Shown here: in pieces, positions 1 through 9,468 of the stretch
Layout: each line of letters starts with the position of its first letter
Numbering within the stretch: position 1 is the first letter of the stretch
IMG/VR virus record: IMGVR_UViG_3300042013_000103
Origin: a virus
Lineage: Duplodnaviria > Caudoviricetes
Reading direction: 5' to 3' (one strand)
Length of the DNA stretch: 64,000 nucleotides
Notes under the pieces: model-generated
Seen by the model: only the letters and a program-made list of their open reading frames with translations
What the model was told of the DNA's origin: nothing
Database searches by the model: none
Made by a program: the position numbers and the translations under genes

Positions 1-652
1 CAATCACACCGTCAATCAGCCCGGCTTCGGTAACGCGCTTGGCCACTTCCAGCGTTTGACCGATCGAGAAGATGTCTTCCGGACGGATCAAGTGTGCTGT
101 AGGGGGCGCGAACATTTGGTTCATGCTCGAACCGATGTCCACAGGCGACACGATCTGGTTGGAACCGGCGATGACCATGTTCCGCACAGGGCCGTTGATG
201 GTCTGTTGGATGGACTCGTTGATGATGGTTTCAGAGTTGAAGTAGATACGCATCTTCGGGTCGAGGAGACCACCGTACGAGATGTCGCAGTTGTCGGAAC
301 TGCCGAAGAAGATCCGTTGTGTGGTCACGCCACCCATGAACGGGTTTTGTTCACGCACCTTCATGATGAAACGGAACCGACGCGATTTCCAGCCTTCACC
401 GGAGATCCCGACTTTACCTTCCACTTGGGCCCGTGGGCAGACGATGTCCGACGCCACGTTCTGTACCGATGCCACACCCAGGTTGGCGCCTTCTTGTGTC
501 GCGTACTGCAAGCGGCTGATCGTATCTTGGTTGACGTGCACCTCGAATGGACGCAGGTACTGTTCTTGGTACGTGCCGGTTTGCGTGAGGATGAACATCT
601 CCACACCCAGCATGTTGTTGGTCCGATTCATATTCAGGTTAAAGCTTTGCAT
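1..652 (-). CDS. picA: Phage-nucleus protein import factor PicA/Imp1 (phiKZ gp69-like), N-terminal 217 codons, runs off window start
   Basis: Translated by hand (absent from ORF track): MQSFNLN...QYLRPF...GWKSRRFRFIMKV...GGLLDPKMRIYFNS...IRPEDIF; open frame to position 1; lies directly downstream of the gp68-like gene as in phiKZ/PhiPA3. Confidence 0.8.
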   Translation of the reverse strand, partial: MQSFNLNMNRTNNMLGVEMFILTQTGTYQEQYLRPFEVHVNQDTISRLQYATQEGANLGVASVQNVASDIVCPRAQVEGKVGISGEGWKSRRFRFIMKVREQNPFMGGVTTQRIFFGSSDNCDISYGGLLDPKMRIYFNSETIINESIQQTINGPVRNMVIAGSNQIVSPVDIGSSMNQMFAPPTAHLIRPEDIFSIGQTLEVAKRVTEAGLIDGVI

Positions 653-681
653 GACACAACCTCTTTGTGAAATATTTGGAT

Positions 682-2265
682 TCAGCTATTCAGCTTACCG
701 AGGTGCAACACCAGCTCGGTGATCGTCGCCTTGATGTTGTTCGGCGGAATCAGCACCTTGTTAGCAGTCACTTGGCCCGACTCTTTGAACAGCCGGTCTG
801 GACCGCCGTACACCCAGTGTGACGCGCGGATGGAGGCGTTGAGATCGTTGATAGCTATGCCCGCCATGTTCATGGGTTCGGCTTGGACCCCATTCTGCTG
901 CATCCGCTGTTGACGCTCGTGCGGGTACAAGGCTTGCATTTCATCTTTGTACTTGGCCGGGATGCGCGTGGCCATGCGCGGTTGGTTGAGTTGATTGACC
1001 GACATGTGGTCGCCTTGCTGGAACAACCCCACCTGCAAGAATACCGCCAAATCCAAGAACTTCCAATGCCACAGCAATGCTTGGGCTTGGGCCAACAGTT
1101 TGTGCACCGACAGTTTCGGGATGTGGGGGAACGCCCGGGCTGGATACGCTTTGGCCATCACCCACTGCGCTAACAACACTTGGTGAGGGAAAACGTCAGC
1201 GGACTGGGCCATGTTGTTGACTTCGCCCATGCACTCGTGCAGCAGTGCAAAGTCCAAAGTGGGGTCCACTTTGCGCGTCAGTTTCTCCGCGTCGTTGGCG
1301 TCCAAAGTAAACGCCACGATGTCCCCGGGGGAGATTCGCTGCTTGGTCTTGTGGGCTTCGATGAACGAGGTTTTGTCCTCATCGTCCCCACCACCGCCTT
1401 CTGGTCGTTTCTCATTCACCCGGTCAGACGTCGACCGTTCCGTAGGACTCAGGTTACTATCAATGTACCGATAGATGTTGGAGACCATGCTGTGGTGCGT
1501 GGGGTCGTTCAGGGGAATGATGGTCAGACGACGAACCAGCACTTTCGACTGCAGGTGCACTGGGATCTCTACCGAGGACATCCCACGCCACAAGCTGCCG
1601 AGGGTGGTCGGTTCATCTTCCACACAGAAGCGCACGTACGCCGCCAGTTTCTCAAAGACCGTTTCCACTTCCTTCCCGTCGGGGCCGACTTCCCCCACCG
1701 GCCAGTTGGCCATTTCACAGTCGTCAATCAACCCCACGACTTCGTTCTCTTTGTAGAGTTCTTGGTCGCTGCCTTGGTCAATGTACTCCCCCCAGATCGG
1801 CACCAACGGACGTTCGGCCAAGGACACCGCCGCCAAGTTGATGTAGTCATGGCGCAAATACGTTTGCTCCGGTTTGTTGTACCGGGATTCCGACGTGATC
1901 ACCGATTCGATGTCCAGCGGAATGTGGATGTTCCCCACGGTCATCAACCACCGACGGAACGTGTCCATCGGCATGTAGGTGAACATCTCTTTGATGTAGT
2001 GCCGAAGCGTGAGTGCCACCCGCATGGAATCCATGGACATGTCCATGACATCACGGATCTTCACGTAACATTCCCACACGTTTTGCTGTACTTCGGGACC
2101 CATGTATTCCCAGTACGCGTTGATCTCTTCGAAGATGCGATTCGGATCGTTCAGGCGCACTTTACTAAAGGCTTTGCCCGTGGTCCAGACGCGGGTCTGT
2201 GTCCGGTGTTCTGCAGTGACTTCAATGAAACCGGTGCCCTGAAGGCCTGAAACAGATAGCTTCAT
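682..2265 (-). CDS. Non-virion RNA polymerase promoter-specificity subunit (phiKZ gp68-like), 527 aa
   Basis: Size about 520 aa; position between ChmC-like and PicA-like genes. Confidence 0.75.
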   Translation of the reverse strand: MKLSVSGLQGTGFIEVTAEHRTQTRVWTTGKAFSKVRLNDPNRIFEEINAYWEYMGPEVQQNVWECYVKIRDVMDMSMDSMRVALTLRHYIKEMFTYMPMDTFRRWLMTVGNIHIPLDIESVITSESRYNKPEQTYLRHDYINLAAVSLAERPLVPIWGEYIDQGSDQELYKENEVVGLIDDCEMANWPVGEVGPDGKEVETVFEKLAAYVRFCVEDEPTTLGSLWRGMSSVEIPVHLQSKVLVRRLTIIPLNDPTHHSMVSNIYRYIDSNLSPTERSTSDRVNEKRPEGGGGDDEDKTSFIEAHKTKQRISPGDIVAFTLDANDAEKLTRKVDPTLDFALLHECMGEVNNMAQSADVFPHQVLLAQWVMAKAYPARAFPHIPKLSVHKLLAQAQALLWHWKFLDLAVFLQVGLFQQGDHMSVNQLNQPRMATRIPAKYKDEMQALYPHERQQRMQQNGVQAEPMNMAGIAINDLNASIRASHWVYGGPDRLFKESGQVTANKVLIPPNNIKATITELVLHLGKLNS

Positions 2266-2267
2266 TT

Positions 2268-2801
2268 CTACTTCCCGAGTTTGGTAACGATCTCCGCGAA
2301 CGTGGAATCGCTGCGCAGGTGACGTTCTTGGTCCAGCAACCAGCCGGATTTGGTTTGAATCAGGGTGTCATCGATCGTGTGACCCATGATCCCATAGACC
2401 GTCATGATCTCATCAACGGTTGGCTTGAACCCCAGTGAGCCGAAGTACGTGATCTCATGGACTTGGAAAGAATACCAAACCTTGCCCAGGGATTCCAAGC
2501 CGTACTGGTGCATTACGAATTCAGTACCGGTAGCCACCACACACCAGGTGTTGGTTTTGTCCCGAACCTTTTCGATGGAGGGTGTGCCAAACAAGTGCGT
2601 GTGTTTAACCACATCGACAATGGCGTCTTCGATCTGCTGTGCCCGCGCACGAACAAAGCTGTACACGTGTTTGTTGCAGTCGTCGTTGAACGCGTCCGCT
2701 TCTTCGCTCCAGCGCCGTTCTGGGAACCGGGTGAACACTTCTGTCCGGCATTCCGTGTACAGTGCCAACAATTCATCCGAGCCCATTTGCATTGGTTTCA
2801 T
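2268..2801 (-). CDS. Hypothetical 177-aa protein inserted between ChmC-like and gp68-like genes
   Basis: ORF with GAGGAG RBS and early promoter upstream. Confidence 0.7.
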   Translation of the reverse strand: MKPMQMGSDELLALYTECRTEVFTRFPERRWSEEADAFNDDCNKHVYSFVRARAQQIEDAIVDVVKHTHLFGTPSIEKVRDKTNTWCVVATGTEFVMHQYGLESLGKVWYSFQVHEITYFGSLGFKPTVDEIMTVYGIMGHTIDDTLIQTKSGWLLDQERHLRSDSTFAEIVTKLGK

Positions 2802-2838
2802 GGTGTTCTCCTCGTGTGTGAATTCTCAATTGCTATCC

Positions 2839-2867
2839 CAGTAGTAATATAGTCCTGAGTTTTTTTA
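2839..2867 (-). promoter_or_regulatory. Early (virion RNAP) promoter driving the 177aa-gp68-picA operon
   Basis: CTATATTAC core at 2844-2852 (minus) with upstream A-tract; matches phiKZ early TATTAC-type motif; identical 29-mer at 14039. Confidence 0.75.
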
Positions 2868-2944
2868 AGATGCACCAGAGGGCAAAAGGGCATAACAGTA
2901 TCTCCTCTATTTCGAGAAAGATACTGTTAGGTTATTATTGGTTA

Positions 2945-3721
2945 TTAGAAGTCGGGAACGTCAGCATCGAAGTTCGCTTTCGGAGCGGAGCTGTAACCAC
3001 CGCCGCCTTGACCGCCACCCTGTGGTTTCCAACCGCCATTGCCGCCACCGTTACCGCCGCCTTGAGGTTTCCAGCCGCCACCGGAGTTACCACCAGCACC
3101 CGCACCGTTGTTCATGTTGTTCGGGTTGGCCACGCCTTTGGCATTCGGATCGAAGCTGTTCACCAGATAGTGGATGACCAGATCGTACGCCGGTTTGGCC
3201 CAGCCTGCTGCGTAGCATTCGGACATCAGTTTCTGCGACGCTTGCGAACCATCACCCAGACGAATGTCGTGGTACTTGGACGGACCGAAGAAGAAGCGAA
3301 TGCGCGGACGGCTCGATTGGCCGGAGATACACGCGATGTAGATACGGCCAGTGGCTTCGTCACGACCCACTTGCAACGTGGTCAATGGCATCACCGAGTC
3401 GAGTTTCTTGCCCGCAACGAAGTCGTCTTGGTAAACGAACTTCATGACCGGATCCAGACCTGGCTCATTGCGCGACAGGCGCTCAATGTAGTTGGTGGCC
3501 GCCGCGAAAGTCGCGAGGTCAGTTTTGAATTCGATCTTGCCGTGCTGTTGGTCGCCATCCACGTTGGTACGCACAGTGATGCGCGGCTGGTTACCGAAGA
3601 CACCGACGCGAAGGGTAGGGCGTTTCTTGCCACCTTCGACGGGATCGGCAAACAACCAACCGTTCATGACCGAGAACATGTTGACGACGGCTGGTGGCAA
3701 TTGCTGTTGCTGTTGGGACAT
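2945..3721 (-). CDS. chmC: Phage-nucleus RNA-binding protein ChmC/Imp6 (phiKZ gp67-like), 258 aa with Gly/Asn-rich tail
   Basis: Folded N-terminal part followed by NPNNMNNGAGAGG...GGWKPQGGG low-complexity tail; synteny upstream of gp68 and picA. Confidence 0.7.
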   Translation of the reverse strand: MSQQQQQLPPAVVNMFSVMNGWLFADPVEGGKKRPTLRVGVFGNQPRITVRTNVDGDQQHGKIEFKTDLATFAAATNYIERLSRNEPGLDPVMKFVYQDDFVAGKKLDSVMPLTTLQVGRDEATGRIYIACISGQSSRPRIRFFFGPSKYHDIRLGDGSQASQKLMSECYAAGWAKPAYDLVIHYLVNSFDPNAKGVANPNNMNNGAGAGGNSGGGWKPQGGGNGGGNGGWKPQGGGQGGGGYSSAPKANFDADVPDF

Positions 3722-3803
3722 GGGTGAGACTCCGGAATTAAATTAATGCACTTTGCGCAAAGTGACTAACAGGTTTCAACACGTATCATAAGCCTGATCA
3801 GTA

Positions 3804-4634
3804 TTATCTTCTCAGTTGCTTATAGGCCGCAATGAGCTCTTCGCTTTTGGATGACATGATGTCGTGATGAATCTTGTCTTGTGTGGTCATCCCCGTCCAG
3901 CGCTTGGCTACGGCGAGTTCCTTGAGTTGTTTCTTGACCTTGATCGATTGCGAATCCAACACAACCGAATCCCCAAACACCTGGAGCGTAAAGCTGTTGA
4001 AAGGCATCAAGGTATCTTCCTTAATACCGTTCAGTTTGGTGTACCACTGGTTGAAGGTCTTGAGCTTTCCGGTGTGCGACTCTAACAGCAGCAGTCGAGC
4101 AAACTGGGAGCGCCACAGCAGTTCGGTGGGGAAGTGGGTAATCAGCGCCACGGTCCCATCGGTCTTCGGTGGCAGACGGTCAATCTCCAGCACATCGACC
4201 CCAGACGCTTTAATACGCTGGAACAGTTCGATGCTGCAGAAGCGTTCGTACATATCGTAACCGAGTTGCTTCGGTGTTTTGGCCTGTTTGAAGTTGGCGT
4301 GGGGGAACGCCCACTTGATTGCGTCCTTAGACGCCATGTAGAAGCGCACACGGCATTTGGAGCCATGCTGGGCCAATACGGTACTGAGGGTTTTCACCTC
4401 TTCCTCCAGCACGTCCACAGCACCCACCAGGTCAATCTGCTGGGTGGCCTCGGAAGGCATGGCGGCGTACAGATTTCGGGCCAAGGTGCGGAGATTCACC
4501 CACACCTCCCGAACCGACTTCAAATCAACAGGCTGTCGGATGGGCTCAGGGAGAGTACCCAACAGTCCGGCAAAGGCTAAAGCGGTCCCGATACTAACCG
4601 GGATGTCCCCGACCGTACGTTCGATAATGTCCAT
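3804..4634 (-). CDS. Conserved Chimalliviridae core protein (phiKZ gp66-like), 276 aa
   Basis: Synteny between SbcD-like nuclease and ChmC. Confidence 0.55.
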   Translation of the reverse strand: MDIIERTVGDIPVSIGTALAFAGLLGTLPEPIRQPVDLKSVREVWVNLRTLARNLYAAMPSEATQQIDLVGAVDVLEEEVKTLSTVLAQHGSKCRVRFYMASKDAIKWAFPHANFKQAKTPKQLGYDMYERFCSIELFQRIKASGVDVLEIDRLPPKTDGTVALITHFPTELLWRSQFARLLLLESHTGKLKTFNQWYTKLNGIKEDTLMPFNSFTLQVFGDSVVLDSQSIKVKKQLKELAVAKRWTGMTTQDKIHHDIMSSKSEELIAAYKQLRR

Positions 4635-4646
4635 GGTGGTTGGCCT

Positions 4647-5786
4647 TTAGAGGAATTCATTCAGGCGTTGCAGGCAACGACCTATAGTGGTTGGGTCAGC
4701 AGTTAATTGTTCCAACTCCTTCACCAACAACTGTTCGATGGAATCTTTGGTGATGTCCACGAACTTGGACATGTCGAATTTAGCCAAGGTTTCATTCATG
4801 GTGGATTTCTTCTTCTCCGTCTTCTCCACGATGATCGACCATTCGTACTTGGGGTACTCCATTCGGTAAGTGTCGATGTCCCCGTTGGCCACGTCCAGTG
4901 GATCGCAGCGCAGACGCACCGCAGAGCCCCGTGGGAGGTCTTTGAGCTTCTCCCGGATGGCCACGTTGAGTTCCTTGGTGTCGAGCCCGTGCACGTTCAG
5001 CGTGTCGTAACGCTTGGCCCGTCGGTTCTCCACAAAGATCACATCGGTCTTGCCGCACTCCTGCACGGAGAAGTCAAACATCCCTTTCGGGATTTCATCG
5101 CCGTGGCAGATTCGGTCAAACGACCCCGCCGCGTGGATCTTGCCGCGGATGGTCATGATGTGCACATGGCCAATCAAAATCTGGTACTTGACCAACGCTT
5201 GGTAGGCGGCTTCGTCGTGCGTCGGCTCTTCCACAATGCTCGGCAGCTGGTACCGGAATGCCCCGTGCATTATGGCAAAGTCCACCTGTTCCAACCCACG
5301 TTCCTTCAGCAGTGCCCGGACTTCTTCCAACGTCACGTCGGTCGAGGGGTTATGTTTGTCAGGGACATAAAGGAAGTGGGCATCCAAGCGTTCGTTGTAT
5401 TCGATCGTCAGATGCTTGCTGTAGTACAGGTCCACCGGGATGTTAGCGTTCAGCTTTTGCTCTACAAAGAACCGTGACTGTTCTCGGTCATGGCTGGGGG
5501 TGCCCTCCACGATGCGCAGCATGACATCATAGGCCGCACAGCGAAACATGAACTGCGTGATCCAGCGGTTGATTTGGTGTACCACTTCGTCGCCGTTGTT
5601 GAGCTGTCTATCGAACAGGTCCCCAGCAATGATCACCATGTCCACAACCTTGAGGACCTCGTCAGTGATCAACAGGTCAAGGTTGCGGATGATGCTTGCT
5701 GCCGACGTAAGGCGATGCCCGAGGTGGACATCGCCAAATTCGATATAACGAAAGACTCCAGGCTTTTTCGTTTTATCAGTCTTCAT
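4647..5786 (-). CDS. SbcD/Mre11-like metallophosphoesterase nuclease
   Basis: Motifs GDVHLG, AGDLFD, GTPSHD, MHG, GHVH. Confidence 0.85.
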   Translation of the reverse strand: MKTDKTKKPGVFRYIEFGDVHLGHRLTSAASIIRNLDLLITDEVLKVVDMVIIAGDLFDRQLNNGDEVVHQINRWITQFMFRCAAYDVMLRIVEGTPSHDREQSRFFVEQKLNANIPVDLYYSKHLTIEYNERLDAHFLYVPDKHNPSTDVTLEEVRALLKERGLEQVDFAIMHGAFRYQLPSIVEEPTHDEAAYQALVKYQILIGHVHIMTIRGKIHAAGSFDRICHGDEIPKGMFDFSVQECGKTDVIFVENRRAKRYDTLNVHGLDTKELNVAIREKLKDLPRGSAVRLRCDPLDVANGDIDTYRMEYPKYEWSIIVEKTEKKKSTMNETLAKFDMSKFVDITKDSIEQLLVKELEQLTADPTTIGRCLQRLNEFL

Positions 5787-6372
5787 ATTCGTCTGTGAAT
5801 GAATCACTTCCGTTTGCCGGAATGCCCCCTGCCAGATGGTCCTGCGCGACTTTCACCACTTCGTTGCCGGCACTGTCTTCCACAATGAAGTCAGCCCCGT
5901 ACGCTTGTAGGATCGCTCGCAACGGCTTCAACACCGTTTCAGCGTAATCTGGAATCGCCGTGATGGCGTGGAGGTACTCCTGGGTTTTCCCATCGGCGCC
6001 TGTGATGTCCCCCAGTTCGTGGTCCCGTTTAAGGTGGTCCATGAAGTGGTACAACGTCAGGCCGTTTTCGACATTGGGGATCGTGGTGGAAGGGCGCAAT
6101 ACCAAACCCGGCACCGTGTGGACTATCACAGGGTTAGGGCCGTCAGTAACAACGTGCAGTGGGAAGGTCAGCTCCTTCACCACCACTTTCCACTGGCGCA
6201 TGAACTCTTCGCCGTAGGGCTTCTGCAGCAGGGGGATCAGGAACTGACGGAACTTGGATTCACTGATCGTCGGGTAATTTTCATTCACCGTGTTGACGAT
6301 CGCGTCCATGGACTTGTTGATCCCGGAAGTTACCCGTTCCCGACGAATATCATCGTTGTTGGGTGTGGTCAT
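5776..6372 (-). CDS. Conserved hypothetical protein, 198 aa
   Basis: ORF coupled to neighbours within the core block; acidic C-terminus. Confidence 0.6.
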   Translation of the reverse strand: MTTPNNDDIRRERVTSGINKSMDAIVNTVNENYPTISESKFRQFLIPLLQKPYGEEFMRQWKVVVKELTFPLHVVTDGPNPVIVHTVPGLVLRPSTTIPNVENGLTLYHFMDHLKRDHELGDITGADGKTQEYLHAITAIPDYAETVLKPLRAILQAYGADFIVEDSAGNEVVKVAQDHLAGGIPANGSDSFTDEYED

Positions 6373-6914
6373 GCAGCACCGCCTTCGGGCGGCACTTCAC
6401 CACCATCCACGTTATGCGCCTCGGGTTCCGGCAGCGCAGGGTCAGCGGCCAACTCGGTGTAATTGAACAGCACCGCTTTGCGATTGGTGAACAGCTCGGG
6501 GCGTTGGGTGAACCAGTCGACGATGTGGGCCCCGACGTTCTCGACGAACTCTTCGGGGGTAACTGGCAACGACAGTTTGACGCCTTGTTCGGTTAAGGTC
6601 GCCACGAAAGACCCGGCGTTCTCTTTCACGGTGTGACCGTCCACCACTGCCACGGACCAACCCTGTTGTTTCAACGCCTTGTCTTCATGGGCGTGTTCAT
6701 GCGCATGGTCCAAAATACCCAGCACCGACTGCAGCACGTCACGAACGCAGGTGGTTGCCCGGTCCTTGAAGGTTTTCTCGGACGCCATCAGCAGACGGGT
6801 CACGGTCGCCATGGATTTTTCGAGGTTGAAGTTCTTCTCGGTCTGGGTGTTGAGGTTGTTTTCCAGGGTTTCTACGCGTTCCATCAGGGTAGCGTATTGT
6901 GCTTCAGTGATCAT
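6369..6914 (-). CDS. Hypothetical protein, 181 aa, N-terminal coiled coil
   Basis: ATGA overlap with next gene; heptad-like N-terminus. Confidence 0.6.
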   Translation of the reverse strand: MITEAQYATLMERVETLENNLNTQTEKNFNLEKSMATVTRLLMASEKTFKDRATTCVRDVLQSVLGILDHAHEHAHEDKALKQQGWSVAVVDGHTVKENAGSFVATLTEQGVKLSLPVTPEEFVENVGAHIVDWFTQRPELFTNRKAVLFNYTELAADPALPEPEAHNVDGGEVPPEGGAA

Positions 6915-6925
6915 AGTAACTTTCC

Positions 6926-7330
6926 TTAACCGTTGTTGATACGTGCAATGTTGAGAACGCGTGACCCGGCGAATTGCACCAGCTGCCCCACGGTGTAACG
7001 TTTGCCTTCGTCCAGCACCACCCCCATGAATTTGATGGAGTACTGGTCGGGTTTGTCCGGGGATTGTTCGATGTTCACCGTGGCCGTGGCGGATTCATCA
7101 AACGTGGCCACCAGCTTATTCTGCAAGGTGGTTCGGAGGACGTCTTCCAGGGAAGGCAGGTCGTTGGCAAACTGCTTGAGCAGGTACTGCAGGGAAACGG
7201 ACTGGTTCCGATGGAGTTCGGAGTCCGAGGTGTTAGCCGTGATAAACGCACCGATGATGTAGTCCGCTTTCTCTTCGACCGTGTTCACCCATCCGTTCAC
7301 GCCGAGTGTCGGTATATGTTTCTGCACCAT
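6926..7330 (-). CDS. Conserved phiKZ-like protein (gp62-like, putative virion protein), 134 aa
   Basis: N-terminal IPTLGVNGW motif; position in core block. Confidence 0.5.
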   Translation of the reverse strand: MVQKHIPTLGVNGWVNTVEEKADYIIGAFITANTSDSELHRNQSVSLQYLLKQFANDLPSLEDVLRTTLQNKLVATFDESATATVNIEQSPDKPDQYSIKFMGVVLDEGKRYTVGQLVQFAGSRVLNIARINNG

Positions 7331-7433
7331 GGTAAAAACCCACCGAGAGGTAAAAAATAAAGGGTGGCAACGAGACCGAAGTCTCGCGCCTGGTCTACAT
7401 CATTGGGTGGTGTAGTCGATTTATCCCACCGAA

Positions 7434-7910
7434 TTACACGTCAAACACGATCGCATCGTTGGGGTCCACAGGAGGCTCCACCTGCGCGGCCAAGATCGCT
7501 TCCCGGAAAGTGGTGGCATGGCTTTGGAGGTTGCATTGCAGCTCTGGTAAGCGCCTACGGTTGACCACAGGGGCACCCTCAGGCTGGACGTGGATCGATC
7601 GCATCACCATGAAGCGTGGGGCCAGTGGATGGTCGAACGGAATGTAGAATTCATCGATCCGGATCTCGGGGTCCTCGACGTTGGTGATCCCGATTAGGAA
7701 ACTGCCATGGACTTCAAAACGGAACTCTTCGTTGCCATCAAAGGTGGCGTAATAATGGAACCAGTTCAGGTCGATGAAATCGTAGCTGTTGATCAGCTCT
7801 TCTTCCACGGCTTGGTGGGGTTCCGGCAACAGCAGGTTAATGGGAGCGCCGTTGCTGCTGACGTAATGCTCGGTGGTGACGTCATACACAATCTTAATTT
7901 GTTCAATCAT
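7434..7910 (-). CDS. Hypothetical protein, 158 aa
   Basis: ORF overlapping upstream gene end; RBS present. Confidence 0.55.
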   Translation of the reverse strand: MIEQIKIVYDVTTEHYVSSNGAPINLLLPEPHQAVEEELINSYDFIDLNWFHYYATFDGNEEFRFEVHGSFLIGITNVEDPEIRIDEFYIPFDHPLAPRFMVMRSIHVQPEGAPVVNRRRLPELQCNLQSHATTFREAILAAQVEPPVDPNDAIVFDV

Positions 7911-8340
7911 TGTCGGTTACCTCATTAGGGGGATAGCACATTTGCTGTATGAATGGATCCATTTGGCACTTTCGAAAGATGATCAAAAAGTTACCATCGG
8001 TCATGGTGTAGTCTTGCAGTTCTTCCGTACCGAACAAGCGTTTCATTTCAATGACTAACCGTACCAGCTGGTCGGCATGTTTGTTTAATTCGACTTTATG
8101 TCCCGGGGAGATTCGAGTGACCTCGTCCAACACAATGGCCAAGGGGACCTCATCATCGATGGGACCACCGGTATCAAAATACCACTTCGACACGAAGAGA
8201 TCGCCTTGCATAACCACGGGCTGGTGAAATAACACCCCGTGTATCTTACCGTGGTTGTGGTTAACGTTGTAGCTCAACACGTCCCAGAAGTCTTCTTCCT
8301 TCTTGGGTGTGATGGTAGCGGTAATCATGGCGAATGACAT
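7903..8340 (-). CDS. Hypothetical protein, 145 aa, paralog of 8362-8781
   Basis: MSFAMITATITPKKEEDFWDVLSYN vs MSFAMVTATVCPKTEEDFWDMLSYN. Confidence 0.75.
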   Translation of the reverse strand: MSFAMITATITPKKEEDFWDVLSYNVNHNHGKIHGVLFHQPVVMQGDLFVSKWYFDTGGPIDDEVPLAIVLDEVTRISPGHKVELNKHADQLVRLVIEMKRLFGTEELQDYTMTDGNFLIIFRKCQMDPFIQQMCYPPNEVTDND

Positions 8341-8361
8341 AACGCCTCCTTGGGCCTGGGT

Positions 8362-8781
8362 CTATTCAGAAGGAAGGGTAAAGTGTTTTACGTAGTCATC
8401 CATGTCACAGTTACGGAACAAGATCAAGAAATTGCCGTCGACCATAGTGAAGACATTCACCGCATCGGTGTTCAGCTCCGTTTTCAAAGCCCCCACCAAC
8501 ACCATTAACTGATCTTGGTGCAAAGCCAATTTCGTGGAGGGACTGGAACTGATGTGGGTGAACTCATCGACCAGAATCACCAAGGGCACTTCATGGTCCA
8601 AGGGGTCCTGGTTGTAGCAGAGCCACTTGGAGATGTGCAGGTCGCCTTGCGTGACCACCGGGTGGTGCAGGATCACCCCACGATGATGGCCGGTGTTGTA
8701 GTTGGGGTTATAGCTGAGCATGTCCCAGAAGTCCTCTTCTGTCTTGGGACAAACCGTTGCGGTGACCATGGCAAAGGACAT
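8362..8781 (-). CDS. Hypothetical protein, 139 aa, paralog of 7903-8340
   Basis: Full-length similarity to neighbour; GGAGG RBS. Confidence 0.75.
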   Translation of the reverse strand: MSFAMVTATVCPKTEEDFWDMLSYNPNYNTGHHRGVILHHPVVTQGDLHISKWLCYNQDPLDHEVPLVILVDEFTHISSSPSTKLALHQDQLMVLVGALKTELNTDAVNVFTMVDGNFLILFRNCDMDDYVKHFTLPSE

Positions 8782-8803
8782 AATACCTCCGCTAAAAAAG
8801 AGA

Positions 8804-8838
8804 ACATAAGGCCCCTCCCGAAGGAGGAGCTTATATGT
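8804..8838. terminator. Conserved hairpin terminator
   Basis: acataaggcccctcccgaaggaggagcttatatgt, GAA-type loop, A-tract flank. Confidence 0.55.
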
Positions 8839-8841
8839 CGG

Positions 8842-9456
8842 TTAGCCCAGCAGGTTACCACCTGGACTGGTTGGATCTTCTTCGTAGGTTTCCACGGCCG
8901 CTACAATCGTGTTCCAACTGCGGCAGATGTCCGCTTTCTCGTGCAGCGTCAGTTCCCGTTCGCCCTCTGGGAGGTCGTCGTAGTACTGGGTGTGCTGATA
9001 CGAGTTTTCGTCGTGGGTCACCACACCATCCATGACCCGGCGGAAGTCGTAGTGTAACCCGCCAATGTTCAAGCCATGGTGATTGACGTAACTGTCCGCG
9101 TAGCCTTCCACTTCCCCGTCCAAGTACATCTTGCGAATGGTCGGTTCAGCCATCAACCACCGCTGCATGATCGGGCCTGCGGTTTGCAGTTCCGGTACGG
9201 TGCCGAGGTAGTGGATGGTGTTCGATTGCCACGCATGGTCCGTTTTTGCCGTCAGGTTACGAAGCGCTTGAATCGCCGAGCTGGTATCGATCATCTGATA
9301 CAAAGCTTTCGCTTGATCAAAGAACTGATTCGCTGCGGTACTCAGGGTGCTGCGCATGGTGCTTGCGCGTTCCCCCAACCAGTTAGCTGTGTTGGTATCC
9401 AAATGACCGCCTGCATAGACGTCTATCAAATCAACACCTAAGGCAGAGTGATTCAT
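8842..9456 (-). CDS. Conserved Chimalliviridae core protein, 204 aa (candidate phiKZ gp59/Imp3 ortholog)
   Basis: Synteny downstream of nvRNAP beta-prime N subunit; orthology is inference. Confidence 0.5.
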   Translation of the reverse strand: MNHSALGVDLIDVYAGGHLDTNTANWLGERASTMRSTLSTAANQFFDQAKALYQMIDTSSAIQALRNLTAKTDHAWQSNTIHYLGTVPELQTAGPIMQRWLMAEPTIRKMYLDGEVEGYADSYVNHHGLNIGGLHYDFRRVMDGVVTHDENSYQHTQYYDDLPEGERELTLHEKADICRSWNTIVAAVETYEEDPTSPGGNLLG

Positions 9457-9468
9457 TGTCTTTCCTCT

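Noticed and set aside
56-722. Plus-strand 204-aa and 146-aa ORFs
   Set aside because: Antisense to picA, which the track missed because it is truncated by the window edge
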